This document shows positions 1 to 15,214 of a stretch of DNA of 64,000 bases, piece by piece (position 1 is the stretch's first letter; each line of letters begins with the position of its first letter). The position numbers were made by a program, and so were the translations under genes. This DNA is from Eledone cirrhosa (lineage: Eukaryota): NCBI GenBank assembly GCA_964016885.1, contig OZ024763.1:29202001-29266000 (forward strand), written 5' to 3'. Below the pieces are notes generated by a model. That model did no database searches. It was not told the DNA's origin and saw only the letters and a program-made list of their open reading frames with translations.

Positions 1-1208
1 CAGCAACAACATCAACATCACTAACAACGGCAAAAACAGCAACAACAAAAACAGCAACAACATCAACATCACTAACAACAACAGCAATAACAACAACAAC
101 ATCAACAGCAATAACAGCGCAACAATAACAGCACAACAATAACAGCAACAACAGCAACAGCAATAACAGCAACAACATCAACAGCAATAACAGCGCAACA
201 ATAACAGCACAACAATAACAGCAACAACAGCAACAGCAATAACAGCAACAACATCAACAGCAATAACAGCACAACAATAACAGCACAACAATAACAGCAA
301 CAACAGCAACAACATCAACAGCAATAACAGCAACAACAATAACAGCAACAACAACAACAGCAATAACAGCAACAACGATAACAGCAACAACAGCAACAAC
401 AATAACAGCAACAACATCAACAGCAATAACAGCACAACAATAACAGCACAACAATAACAGCACAACAATAACAGCACAACAATAACAGCAACAACAGCAA
501 CAGCAATAACAGCAACAACATCAACAGCAATAACAGCACAACAATAACAGCACAACAATAACAGCAACAACAGCAACAACATCAACAGCAATAACAGCAA
601 CAACAATAACAGCAACAACAACAACAGCAATAACAGCACAACAATAACAGCACAACAATAACAGCAACAACAGCAACAACATCAACAGCAATAACAGCAA
701 CAACGATAACAGCAACAACAGCAACAACAATAACAGCAACAACAGCAACAGCAATAACAGCAACAACATCAACAGCAATAACAGCACAACAATAACAGCA
801 CAACAATAACAGCAACAACAGCAACAACATCAACAGCAATAACAGCACAACAATAACAGCACAACAATAACAGCGCAACAATAACAGCACAACAATAACA
901 GCAACAACAGCAACAGCAATAACAGCAACAACATCAACAGCAATAACAGCACAACAATAACAGCACAACAATAACAGCAACAACAGCAACAACATCAACA
1001 GCAATAACAGCAACAACAATAACAGCAACAACAACAACAGCAATAACAGCAACAACGATAACAGCAACAACAGCAACAACAATAACAGCAACAACATCAA
1101 CAGCAATAACAGCACAACAATAACAACACAACAATAACAGCACAACAATAACAACACTAACATCAACAACAATAACAGCAACATCACTAACAGCAACAAC
1201 AATAACAA
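1..1208. repeat. Compound (AAC/AGC/AAT)n trinucleotide-derived array with higher-order duplication
   Basis: Built from aacagcaacaac/aataacagcac units; identical translated blocks at 254-463 and 934-1143 show a 680-bp higher-order period. Confidence 0.95.
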
Positions 1209-1395
1209 GAGGACATGATAGGCCAATATCCTGTCACACTGAATCACGTTGAATCACACGCTTCCTCAGAAATACATTAACTGTACATGTCTAAAAGAAA
1301 TGCTCAGCCAAATGTACGTTACTTTAACAAGCAAGCTGTTCATTTGGTCAAACAACTATAACAGTCCCCGTTGCAACCGATGGAGGACCCATCCT
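1209..1395 (+). mobile_element. Degenerate 3' part of a dispersed octopod repeat (SINE/LINE-tail-like)
   Basis: cacactgaatc...tgctcagcca...caagctgttc...gcaaccgatggag resembles a common octopus interspersed repeat recalled from memory; not verified. Confidence 0.4.
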
Positions 1396-1541
1396 CCTCC
1401 CCCTCCTGTTGTTGTTGTTGTTGAAAATGTTACGGTGCTAATGCAATCTTATTAATCTCCACTATAATTGGTTAACCTTATTTTAAAATTAAGAAAAAAA
1501 CATTTACTTCGCTTTCACATTTGATTTTAAATTGTAAATTT

Positions 1542-2160
<619 letters not shown>

Positions 2161-2677
2161 TCGTTGTTAGGTGTTAATGTTTTGCGGTGGAATCAAAGAA
2201 TTAAAAGAAAATCAAACACCAGTGGACGGTGTTGTAAAACACGATTGCAAAAAAAAAAAAAAAAAATACACAAAAAACGGCAACCCCCCCACCCCCACCC
2301 CCAATGTTCTACCATTTTGATTTCCATTTTCTTGCTATTATTATTATTATTGTTGTTGTTGTAGTTGAAGGCTTTTTTTTTTTGTAAAAGCCATAACACT
2401 TTGCAGCCATAAACTGGGTATACTGTACCAAATCCATCTACACAGACATTGAGCATAATAAAGACACAAATATATGCGAGAAATATTTCATCATAAAGTT
2501 TTCTAATTTGATCTTTTTTAACAAAAAAAAAATATTCAAAGAGGAATATTATTTATTTATTTATTGATATATTTGTTTTATTTTATACTGTTTTGTTCGA
2601 ATTTATGTTTTAATAATTCAGATATCGGAGTTAAACATTTTTACATTTAAATATATTTTTTCTTTGTCTCCTATTTT

Positions 2678-2706
2678 ATATATATATATGTATATATATA
2701 TATATG

Positions 2707-2757
<51 letters not shown>

Positions 2758-2792
2758 GTATATATGTATATATATGTATATATTTATATATG

Positions 2793-2859
<67 letters not shown>

Positions 2860-2862
2860 TTA

Positions 2863-2907
<45 letters not shown>

Positions 2908-3000
2908 TTATATATGTATATATATATGTATATATATATATATATGTATATATATATGTATATATTTATATATGTATATATATGTATATATTTATATATG

Positions 3001-3065
<65 letters not shown>

Positions 3066-3092
3066 GTATATATATATATATGTATATATATG

Positions 3093-3124
<32 letters not shown>

Positions 3125-3128
3125 CACG

Positions 3129-3185
<57 letters not shown>

Positions 3186-3429
3186 GTATATATATATATG
3201 TATATATATATATATGTATATATATGTATGTATATGTATATATATATATATACATTTATATACATATATATATAGGGTGTCTCCCCCAAAATGTATAAAC
3301 ACATCAACTGCATTCTAATAAAAGTGCGTATACATTTTGGGACACACTCTCTCCTCTCTCTATATATATATATATACACATATTTATACATATATATATA
3401 TACATATATATATAAACATACACATTTAT

Positions 3430-3505
<76 letters not shown>

Positions 3506-3705
3506 ATATACATATATATATATATACATATCTATATATATACATATATATATATATATACATATCTATATACATATCTATATATATACATATATATATA
3601 TATATATACATATCTATATACATATATATATACATATATGTATAAATGTGTGTATATATATGTTTGTATATATAAATATATATATATGTGTGTGTGTATG
3701 TGTGC

Positions 3706-3748
<43 letters not shown>

Positions 3749-3750
3749 TA
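2678..3750. repeat. Long degenerate (TA)n/(TATG)n/(TACA)n tract
   Basis: Directly visible; short unique island at about 3273-3350. Confidence 0.95.
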
Positions 3751-4322
3751 TAGTTTTTTATGTGTAAACTTTTTCTCCATTTGAAATACTGTATTTTATT
3801 GTTTTCTAATCTATTCAATATTTGTTTAAACAAACAAACAAACAAACAAACAAACAAACAAACGAACAAAATAAAATAAATTAAAAATAAAATAAAATAA
3901 TAAACTACAACAACAACAAAAACACTAACAACAACAACAACAACAAAAGAAACGATTCATTTGCGATAAAATTTCCATAATAATTATCATCTTATGTTGT
4001 TTGCTGTTTGTATTTTTTGTTTTATTTTCTTTCGGCATTTTCATTTTCCTTTTTATCTCATTGTTATTACCTTCATTATTATTATTAGCATCATCATCAT
4101 CACCAGCTTCAACAGCAGCAGCTTCGTTTTCCTTACATCATTATTATTATTATGTATTATCATTATCATCATCATCATCATCGTTTTCATTACATCATTA
4201 TTATTATTATATATCATCATCATCATCATCATCATCGTTTTCATTACATCATTATTATTATTATATATCATCATCATCATCATCATCATCATTATCATCG
4301 TTAACATTGCGCACATTATCAC

Positions 4323-4410
4323 TGCCTTTCATCGTTACGGGGTCGATAAAATAAAGTACCAGTAATGTACTGGGGTATTTGCTGGCCTTGTGCCAAAAGT
4401 AGAAACTATT
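4323..4410 (+). mobile_element. 5'-truncated copy of tRNA-derived SINE family A
   Basis: gcctttcatcgttacggggtcgataaaataaagtaccagt...gctggccttgtgccaaaagtagaaac matches the other copies. Confidence 0.85.
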
Positions 4411-4524
4411 ATCACTATTATATATCATCATCATCATCATCATCATCATCGTTAACATTGCAACATTATCACTATTATATATCATCATCATCATCATCAC
4501 CATCATCGTTAACATTGCAACATT

Positions 4525-4556
<32 letters not shown>

Positions 4557-4626
4557 TCGTTATCGTCATCATCATTGCATCATTATTATATCATCATCAT
4601 CATTATCATTACTATTATATGTATTT

Positions 4627-4800
4627 TGGCAGTATGAGTAGAGTGTCAGACACCATGCTTTGCAGCATAGAGTTACGGCCCTTTACGGTCTGAGTTTAAT
4701 TTTGCCTTCCATAATCACGGGGTCGATAAAATAAAGTACCAGTAATGCACTGAGGTTGCTTTTAATCGACTCCCCCCTTTAAAAAATTGGCATTGTGCCT
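4627..4800 (+). mobile_element. SINE family A, long-3' variant with internal deletion
   Basis: tggcagtat head, ggggtcgataaaataaagtaccagt core, taatcgactcccc segment. Confidence 0.8.
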
Positions 4801-4945
4801 ATCATTATTATTATTGTTTTTATCACTGTCCTGTACTGTCCTTAATGTCTACTTTGTGTAAACCCTTGTGGTTAATAAAGAAAGCATTATTGTTTTTATC
4901 ACTATCATCATCATAGTATAATATTATTATTATTTTTATATAAAA

Positions 4946-5140
4946 GGGCGGTGGATTGGCAGTATCGGTAGTGGGTCGGACGCCATGCTTTGACGCAAAG
5001 AGTTACGGCCCTTTCCATTCTGAGTTCAAATCCCGCCGAGGTTAACTTTGCCTTTCATCCTTACGGGGTCGATAAAATAAAGTACCAGTAATACACTGGG
5101 GTAATTGCTGGCCTTCTGCCAAAATTAGAAACAATTATTA
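4946..5140 (+). mobile_element. Full-length SINE family A (~190 bp, tRNA-derived)
   Basis: A-box-like tggcagtatcggtag, B-box gagttcaaatcc, conserved core gcctttcatccttacggggtcgataaaataaagtaccagt, (TTA)n tail. Confidence 0.92.
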
Positions 5141-5304
5141 TTTTTATAAATCATCATCATCGTTAATATTACTATATCATAGTTATAATAATAATTATTA
5201 TTACAATTTTATTTTACACAAGCAATTCCCCACACTCTATGGTTCTGTACCGTCTTTACTGTTTCCTTAATGTGAGCCCTGTGTGGCTAATACAGAAATT
5301 ATTA

Positions 5305-5447
5305 GAGAGTTACGGCCCTTTATGTACTGAGTTCAAATCCCGCCGAGGTTAACTTTGCCTTTCATCCTTACGGCGTCGATAAAAATAAAGTACCAGTAAT
5401 GCACTGAGATAATTGCTGGCCTTCTGCCAAAATTAGAAATAATTATT
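5305..5447 (+). mobile_element. 5'-truncated SINE family A
   Basis: B-box, core and tail match 4946-5140. Confidence 0.88.
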
Positions 5448-6138
5448 ATATCATTATCAACCTTATGTTATCATCATCATCATCATCATCATCCTTATCA
5501 CCATTTTCATTATTATCATTTTTATTGGAATTATTTTAATCATTCCAATTTTTTTTTTTTTTTTATGACTGTCTCTTCTATCTTTCCGTACGACTATTGG
5601 GGGGGTATATGTGGTTTCAAAGACAACAACTTGTGTGATGTGTCCCCTAGCCATCAATCATTACCCATTTCTAAGTACTCAATTAGCCAATGACAAAAGA
5701 GGAGAGAGTGACAAAGACAAAAGCAAAGACAGAAAAATAACAAAGCTAACAAACCATCCGCCATTTTGTTTCGTTTAATTCCTACTTTCTTTTTTATTTT
5801 TTATTTCTTTCTGCTATTTTATTTTATTTATTTTCTTAATTGTTTGTTTTTGTTATGTTGTCTTTGTTTTGTATGTATTGTTCTCTGACATACATTTGCT
5901 TCTAGCTTTCTTTCTTTCTTTCTTTACTTCACTCAATTTTAATTTTGTTTTTTGTTTGTTTTTCAGAATATAAAATTCAAAATTTCGAAATATCCTAGAA
6001 TAAATTTTCCATATGGTCCTTTTTTATAACTCATCCAGTGATTAATCGATCAGTTCACTGAGTGATTGATATTCCCGAGTTAGTTATCATAATATCATCA
6101 TCGATATTTGATATCTTTATATCACCCACTGCCACTTT

Positions 6139-6540
<402 letters not shown>

Positions 6541-6554
6541 ACAATTAAGTTAAA

Positions 6555-6730
6555 AATTGAGATGTAACGACATCGAAACTAGTCCAATATTCCTTGTCTG
6601 GCTTTCTGGAGAATAGAGGAAAGGTGTTTCCTCGAAAACCAGTAAGACTCTAAAAACCGGTTTGTCTGTGTGTTTACATACAGAATAGCTGGACACTCAC
6701 AGTAAAGTGTCCAGTGAAAAACTCGGTACA
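6555..6730 (+). other. Three tandem stem-loop + GAAA modules (degenerate hammerhead-like, Penelope LTR-like)
   Basis: gatgt-aacg-acatc-GAAAC-ta-GTC; gaggaaa-ggtg-tttcctc-GAAA-acca-GTA; ctggacact-cacagtaa-agtgtccag-t-GAAA. The CUGANGA box is missing or mutated. Confidence 0.4.
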
Positions 6731-6882
6731 TCTACATATGTACACGTGTGTGTATTCATATACATACTAGTATTTCAGTATACATATGTGGATGTACATT
6801 TTTAACTTAATTGTTTAAGCGTCAGTCATACAAAAGTGAGTTACAAACGAAACGAAATTTAATTTCGTTTCGTTATTTGTTT

Positions 6883-6923
<41 letters not shown>

Positions 6924-6927
6924 TATG

Positions 6928-6995
<68 letters not shown>

Positions 6996-7104
6996 TATAT
7001 ATGTATATATATGTATGTATATATATATATATATATACATATATATATACACACATATATATATATACATATACATATATATATATACATATATGTATAC
7101 AAAA

Positions 7105-7250
7105 TAATTGTTTCTACTTTAGGCACAAGGCCAGCAGCAATTACCCAGTGCATTACTGGTATTTTATTTTATCGACCTCGTAAGGATGAAAGGCAAAGTC
7201 AACCTCGGCGGGATTTGAACTCAGATCGTAAAGGGACGTAACTATGCTGG
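7105..7250 (-). mobile_element. SINE family A (5'-truncated), minus strand
   Basis: Reverse complement of tail, core and B-box (ggatttgaactc). Confidence 0.88.
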
Positions 7251-7411
7251 ATGGTAATTAAGACGGGTTTAAATCACCATAATTGTTTATTGCGTTATAT
7301 ATATTTCTGTTACATGGCTATCCATGGGACTTCATCAGATTTTTACGCAACCATTGATGCAGTTATGCAATCATTATGAAATACCGGAGGCCATGTTTAT
7401 ATATTTATATA

Positions 7412-7491
<80 letters not shown>

Positions 7492-7625
7492 GATATACTG
7501 TAATAGTTCAGTATTTTCATTGGTAAGATAAGTTAAGCTCAATATCTTTTTTAGCCTTCGTTCTTCAAGAGCGAACAGTTACAGTAGCAGAGAATTTATA
7601 ATTCAAAATTCAATAAGACCAAAGA

Positions 7626-7677
<52 letters not shown>

Positions 7678-7766
7678 CTATTCAAACATGTTGCTTGAGA
7701 TACACCAACGTATTCTCTCGCTCTACATATCTCTCTCTATATATATACATATATATATATACATAT

Positions 7767-7827
<61 letters not shown>

Positions 7828-7834
7828 CTGATAT

Positions 7835-8200
7835 CACCACTAAAACAACCACAACAGCAACAACACCACTACAACCATCACCATCACAACAATAAATATT
7901 ATAACTACATTTATCAAAACCACCACCACTACAACCACCACTATCGCCACCACCACCACCACCACCACAACAACAACACTATCACAACAGCACCAACAAC
8001 AACAACACCAACACCAACAACAACAACAACCACTATCACAACACCAACAACAACACATCATCTAGCCACTACAACAACACCAATAACACCAACAACAACC
8101 ACCACAACCACTACAACAACCACCACTATCACACCAACAACAACAACACCAACACCAACACCAACAACAACAACAACACTATCATCCAGCCACCAACACA
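7835..8200. repeat. (CAA/CAC)n low-complexity tract
   Basis: Directly visible. Confidence 0.9.
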
Positions 8201-8704
8201 AGAAAGATCCTAGGTTATACTTCCATATATCCTAACTTTGCAATCCATCATATTACACACACACGTCCATTCTTCTTGGTCCAACAACACAGATAATGTT
8301 TTCCTATCTACCCCTCCTTCCACCCCTTCCACCACCCTTCACTCCCCACCCCGCCGCCAAATATTGATAATGCTCTCCTGTCTCCCCCCCCCCATTCCTT
8401 CCACCCCGTCATCCCTTCTCCACGCCACCCCCTCCTCCCGCCGAATATTGATAATGCTCTCCTATCTCCCCCTTCTCCACCCTCTCACCTCCGAATGTTG
8501 ATAATGTTTTCCTATATTTCTATATCTCCCTGCAATCCCCACCACCGCCATCTTAACTACTCCGCAGCCGCCATCTTTTTCAAAATGGAATCCACCAATT
8601 ATCTATAATTTCAAACATGTTTCTGAAGCCAGTTTTTAATGTTCGATTTTTGGTGGTATCGGGTGGGAGGAGGAGAGGAAGGTTGGAAGGAGGGTGTAGT
8701 GTAA

Positions 8705-8707
<3 letters not shown>

Positions 8708-8762
<55 letters not shown>

Positions 8763-9200
8763 AGGGAAGGTAGAAAAGGAGAGAAGGGGGAGGAATGAAG
8801 GAAGGCGAGAGGGAGAAAAGGAAGGAGAGAGGGAGGAGGGAGAGTGAGAAGGAGGAGAGAGGGAGAGAAGGAGGAGAGAGGGAGATAAGGTAGGAGAGAG
8901 AGAGATAAGGTAGGAGAGAAGGAGGAGAGAGGGAGAGAGGGAGATAAGGTAGGAGAGAAGGAGGAGAGAGGGAGATAAGGTAGGAGAGAAGGAGGAGAGA
9001 GGGAGATAAGGTAGGAGAGGAGGAGAGAGGGAGATAAGGTAGGAGAGAGGGAGGGAAGGAGGAGAGAAGGAGAGAGCGACAGGGATGGAAGACAGAGAGG
9101 AGGGAGAGAGAGAGGAAAGGAGGATGAGAGAGAGAGGTGGAAGACAGAGAGAGAGGATAGGAGGAGAGAGAGAGGGGTAGGGAAGAAAGGGCGGGTGGGT
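8708..9200. repeat. (GA)n and polypurine minisatellite (gggagataaggtaggagagaaggaggagaga, ~30 bp, ~7 copies)
   Basis: Directly visible. Confidence 0.9.
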
Positions 9201-9330
9201 GTAGAGTGGAGGGTAAGGTAATAATCCTTCATAGCTTTTCAACCAAGTAGATTATTCGCTATCACACATTAGCGTCTCCATCAAATTTAACTTCGTATCG
9301 TCTCTTCTCTTCTATCCCCCTCCTCCCCCA

Positions 9331-10995
9331 TCTTCTTCATCTTCTTCTTCGCCCACTTATTCCTGAGAGACTCGTGTGGGTCTGAGTCCTCAAACACACT
9401 CCTTCCAGCAGGTCCTGTCAGAAGCAACCCTCTCCAATTGATCCGACAGGATCTCCAAGCGTGACCAGCCAAGCTCATGGATGCTATCCAACCATCTCGC
9501 CCTGGGTCTCCTGCAGGCTGGTTTTGTCCGTAAAATCTGTCCAGTGACTCTTTCCTCAGACATTCTAACCACATGTCCATAGTATCGTAGCTGTGATCTC
9601 TCAATTCAGTGAAGTAGCGGCTTTACCCGGAGTGACTCTCTGATCTCCAAGATACAATGATTTTTTATGCTGAGATATTCTAACCACGTTCCCATAGTAA
9701 ATTCTGTAAAGTAGATGCTCTACCTGGAGTGAGTCACTGACCTCCGAGCTACAAATCTGTCCAGTGATTCTTTTCTGAGACATTCTAACCACAAGCCCAT
9801 AGTATCAGAACTGTGATCTCTCAATTCAGAGAAGTAGTGGCTCTATCTGGAGTGACTCGCCAGTGATTCTTTCCTGAGACATTCTAACCTCATGTCCATA
9901 GCATCAGAGCTGTGATCTCGCAATTCGGAGAAGTAGCAGCTCTACCTGGAGTAACTCTCTGATCTCTGAGCTACAAATCTGTCCAGTGATTCTTTCTTAA
10001 AACATTCTAACCACATATCCTTAGTATCAGAGCTGTGATCTCGCAATTCGGAGAAGTAGCAGCTCTACATGGAGTAACTCTCTGATCTCTGAGCTACAAA
10101 TCTGTCCAGTGATTCTTTCCTAAAACATTCTAACCACATATCCATAGTATCAGAGCTGTGATCTCTCAATTCGGAGAAGTAGCAGCTCTACCTGGAGTAA
10201 CTCTCTGATCTCTGAGCTACAAATCTGTCCAGTGATTCTTTCTTAAAACATTCTAACCACATATCCTTAGTATCAGAGCTGTGATCTCGCAATTCGGAGA
10301 AGTAGCAGCTCTACATGGAGTAACTCTCTGATCTCTGAGCTACAAATCTGTCCAGTGATTCTTTCTTAAAACATTCTAACCACATATCCTTAGTATCAGA
10401 GCTGTGATCTCGCAATTCGGAGAAGTAGCAGCTCTACATGGAGTAACTCTCTGATCTCTGAGCTACAAATCTGTCCAGTGATTCTTTCCTAAAACATTCT
10501 AACCACATATCCATAGTATCAGAGCTGTGATCTCGCAATTCGGAGAAGTAGCAGCTCTACATGGAGTAACTCTCTGATCTCTGAGCTACAAATCTGTCCA
10601 GTGATTCTTTCCTAAAACATTCTAACCACATATCCATAGTATCAGAGCTGTGATCTCGCAATTCGGAGAAGTAGCAGCTCTACATGGAGTAACTCTCTGA
10701 TCTCTGAGCTACAAATCTGTCCAGTGATTCTTTCTTAAAACATTCTAACCACATATCCATAGTATCAGAGCTGTGATCTCTCAATTCGGAGAAGTAGCAG
10801 GTCTACCTCAACTGACTCTCTGATCTCCAAGCTATGCACTTTACCGAGTAACGTTAGTCCAAGAGATCTTCGGGGTGCCCCATTTTGATCGCTTACTTTT
10901 AATCTGACCACATGCCTGTAGTAACAAAGCTGTTATCTCTCAATTCGGAGAATTAGTGGCTCTACCTGGAGTTCTCCAATCTCCCAGCTACGTTT
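9331..10995 (-). mobile_element. 3' remnant of an RTE-clade (Expander/Rex3-like) LINE with an internally amplified segment
   Basis: Minus-strand translation gives GLTLLGKVHSLEIRESVEVDLLLLRIERSQL...YGHVVRMSEERVTGQILRTKPACRRPRARWLDSIHELGWSRLEILSDQLERVASDRTCW, matching the RTE ORF2 C-terminal motifs (LLLRIERSQLRWxGHxxRM; RPRxRWxD; A.DR..W); (GAA)n-type tail at 9331-9350. Confidence 0.88.
9535..10830. repeat. 123-bp tandem satellite (~10-11 units) derived from RTE ORF2
   Basis: ccagtgattc recurs at 9983, 10106, 10229, 10352, 10475, 10598 and 10721 (period 123); more diverged units lie at 9541-9980. Confidence 0.95.
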
Positions 10996-11029
10996 CTTTA
11001 TTTATATAACTCCGAAGAGTTCCAGTCAA

Positions 11030-11485
11030 TTCTATCCTCACCTATTCTATTCACTCCTGTTCTATACTCTTCTACCTTCTCCTCCCCTCTCCTATTCTAT
11101 CCTCTCCTCTCCTCTCCTATTCTATTCACCCCTGTTCTATACTATTTTATCTTCTCCTCCCTTCTCCTCCCTTCTCCTCTCCTATTCTATCCTCTCCTCT
11201 CCTATTCTATTCACCCCTGTTCTATACTATTCTATCTTCTCCTCCCTTCTCCTCTCCTCTCCTATTCTATTCTCCCCTTTTCTATTCACCCCTGCTCTAT
11301 ACTATTCTATCTTCTCTTCCCTTCTCCTCTCCTCTCCTATTCTATCCTCTCCTCTCCTATTCTATTCTCCCCTTTTCTATTCACCCCTGCTCTATACTAT
11401 TCTATCTTCTCTTCCCTTCTCCTCTCCTCTCCTATTCTATCCTCTCCTATTCTATTCTCTCCTGCTCTATTCTATTCTATTATTC
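11030..11485. repeat. (CTATT/CTCCT)n pentamer-based polypyrimidine array with higher-order units
   Basis: Recurring ctattctattcacccctgttctatactattctatcttctc. Confidence 0.9.
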
Positions 11486-11613
11486 CGTTCGTTTATTCCG
11501 CTCTGTCATTCTGTTGTTCTGTGCTGTTATTGTCGTTATCATTGTCATTATTGTTGTCGTTATTGTTGTTGACTTCTTTTCTTAATATTTCCCCTCCCTC
11601 CCATTTTCCCTTC

Positions 11614-11614
11614 T

Positions 11615-11652
<38 letters not shown>

Positions 11653-12358
11653 ACACTTACCCACACGTATGCAGACGTGCACGCACGCTCACACACAAAT
11701 ACACTCACACACACACACACACACACACGAATAGATACACACACACACATATATACACACTCACACACACATACACACACAAACACTCACACACGCACAT
11801 ACACACACTAGCACACACTCACACACAAACACATACATACGCACAGACACGTACAGCTCCATTCACATATACACACACATACATAACATTACACATTGTG
11901 CTGCAAAACTCACACAAAACAACTTAACACATACACACACACAAACACACATACACACACAGACCGCCAACACAGGCTCACACACATACACACAAACACT
12001 CACACACACTCACAAACACACCGCCACACACGCTCACACCGCCATACACACTCACACACATACACACAAACACTCACACACCGCCATACACGCTCACACA
12101 CATACACACACAAACACTCACACACACTCACAAACACACCGCCACACACGCTCACACCGCCATACACGCTCACACACATACACACAAACACTCACACACC
12201 GCCATACACGCTCACACACATACACACACAAACACTCACACACACTCACAAACACACCGCCACACACGCTCACACCGCCATACACGCTCACACACATACA
12301 CGCAAACACTCACACACCGCCATACACGCTCACACACATACACACACACACACACACA
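11614..12358. repeat. (CA)n-derived minisatellite (acaccgccatacacgctcacacacatacacac)
   Basis: Directly visible. Confidence 0.9.
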
Positions 12359-12584
12359 ATGCTTCCTTAGAATATCTGGCAATCCTTTAGAAAGCCGTTA
12401 GGTGGGTAGTGGTGGCTATGGTTAGGGCGCCATGAAATATTGGCATTACGTGATTTGTGGCGCTCATAAATTTTTCGATATGATTGTAAACGAAGAATGG
12501 ATCAGATCAGATCAACATCAGATCAACATCGATCTGGTGTATAATTAGAAGGAGAATGACACAGGGAGAAAAATAGAAGAAGGA

Positions 12585-14126
<1,542 letters not shown>

Positions 14127-14430
14127 TTGGTAATTCATATTTAGTAGCTATGAGATTTTTAAACTTTTCCAGAAACTATATTTTTCCTGAAAGACATTTC
14201 CAAATAATTTTGAAAAGAGCAGATCTGGTTGTTTGGGAAAGTAGAAGAAAGGACTCTGAAAGCCATAAATGAGAGGAAAATATGGAGAAAAACAAAGGAC
14301 TCTCGGGTCACAGAAGAAAAGGAGGGAAGAAGGGAGGATGGTGGGCGCTGGGCCTAGGGCGCGGTTGGGTTGGGGCTGCACCCCGCGGACAAAACCGCAA
14401 AAGGTTTTTCCGCGGACAATGGCGGAACCA

Positions 14431-15080
14431 ACTCTCTCTCTCTCTCTCTCTCTCTTTCTATCCCACTCTCTTCCCATCTCTCTCTCTCTCTCTCTTCCCT
14501 GTCTCTATCCCACTCTCTCTCTCTTTCTATCCCACTCTCTACCCATCTCTCTCTCTCTTTCTCTCTTCCTCTTTCTATCTCACTCTCTTCCTCTCTCTGT
14601 CTCTCTTTCTCTCGCTCTCTCTCACTATCCATGTTTTGCTCTCTCACGTCATTCCTGCTTTCCTACCTTCAAGTCACATAGCATCATCAACTCTAACCTG
14701 CCTCCGCTCCACTACATCTCCTCCACCACACCACTCAGCACCACCACCACATCACCACCACACATCACCACACCACCACCACATCCACCACACCACCACA
14801 TCACCATCACACCACACCACCACACCACGACAGCACCACCACCATACATCACCACACCACCACCACATCGTCTCACCTCCACCACACCACCACATCACCA
14901 TCACACCTTCAGCATACCACACCACCACACCAACACCACAACCACACCACCACACAACCACATCACACCACACCACACCAATGACTTCCCATCACACCAT
15001 ACCACCACACCACCCCCAACACACCATACCACCATCACATCGCACCATGCCACCACAGCACACCACAACACACCCCACCT
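14431..15080. repeat. (CT)n followed by (CAC/CACCA)n low-complexity tract
   Basis: Directly visible; explains ORFs 14269..15252 and 14282..15106. Confidence 0.9.
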
Positions 15081-15214
15081 CTTACTTCATATGTCCCTGG
15101 CATTGACATTTTTATTAGCTTTCATCAGTTCCACATCACCGATCACCTTCTCCGGTCACCTTCATTGGTCATTTATATATACAGACAGTCAGACAAACAG
15201 CAAGCTAACCAACC

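Noticed and set aside
7305-7342. Minus-strand ctgatgaagtcccatggat hammerhead
   Set aside because: Only the first box and a weak stem; no GAAA box.
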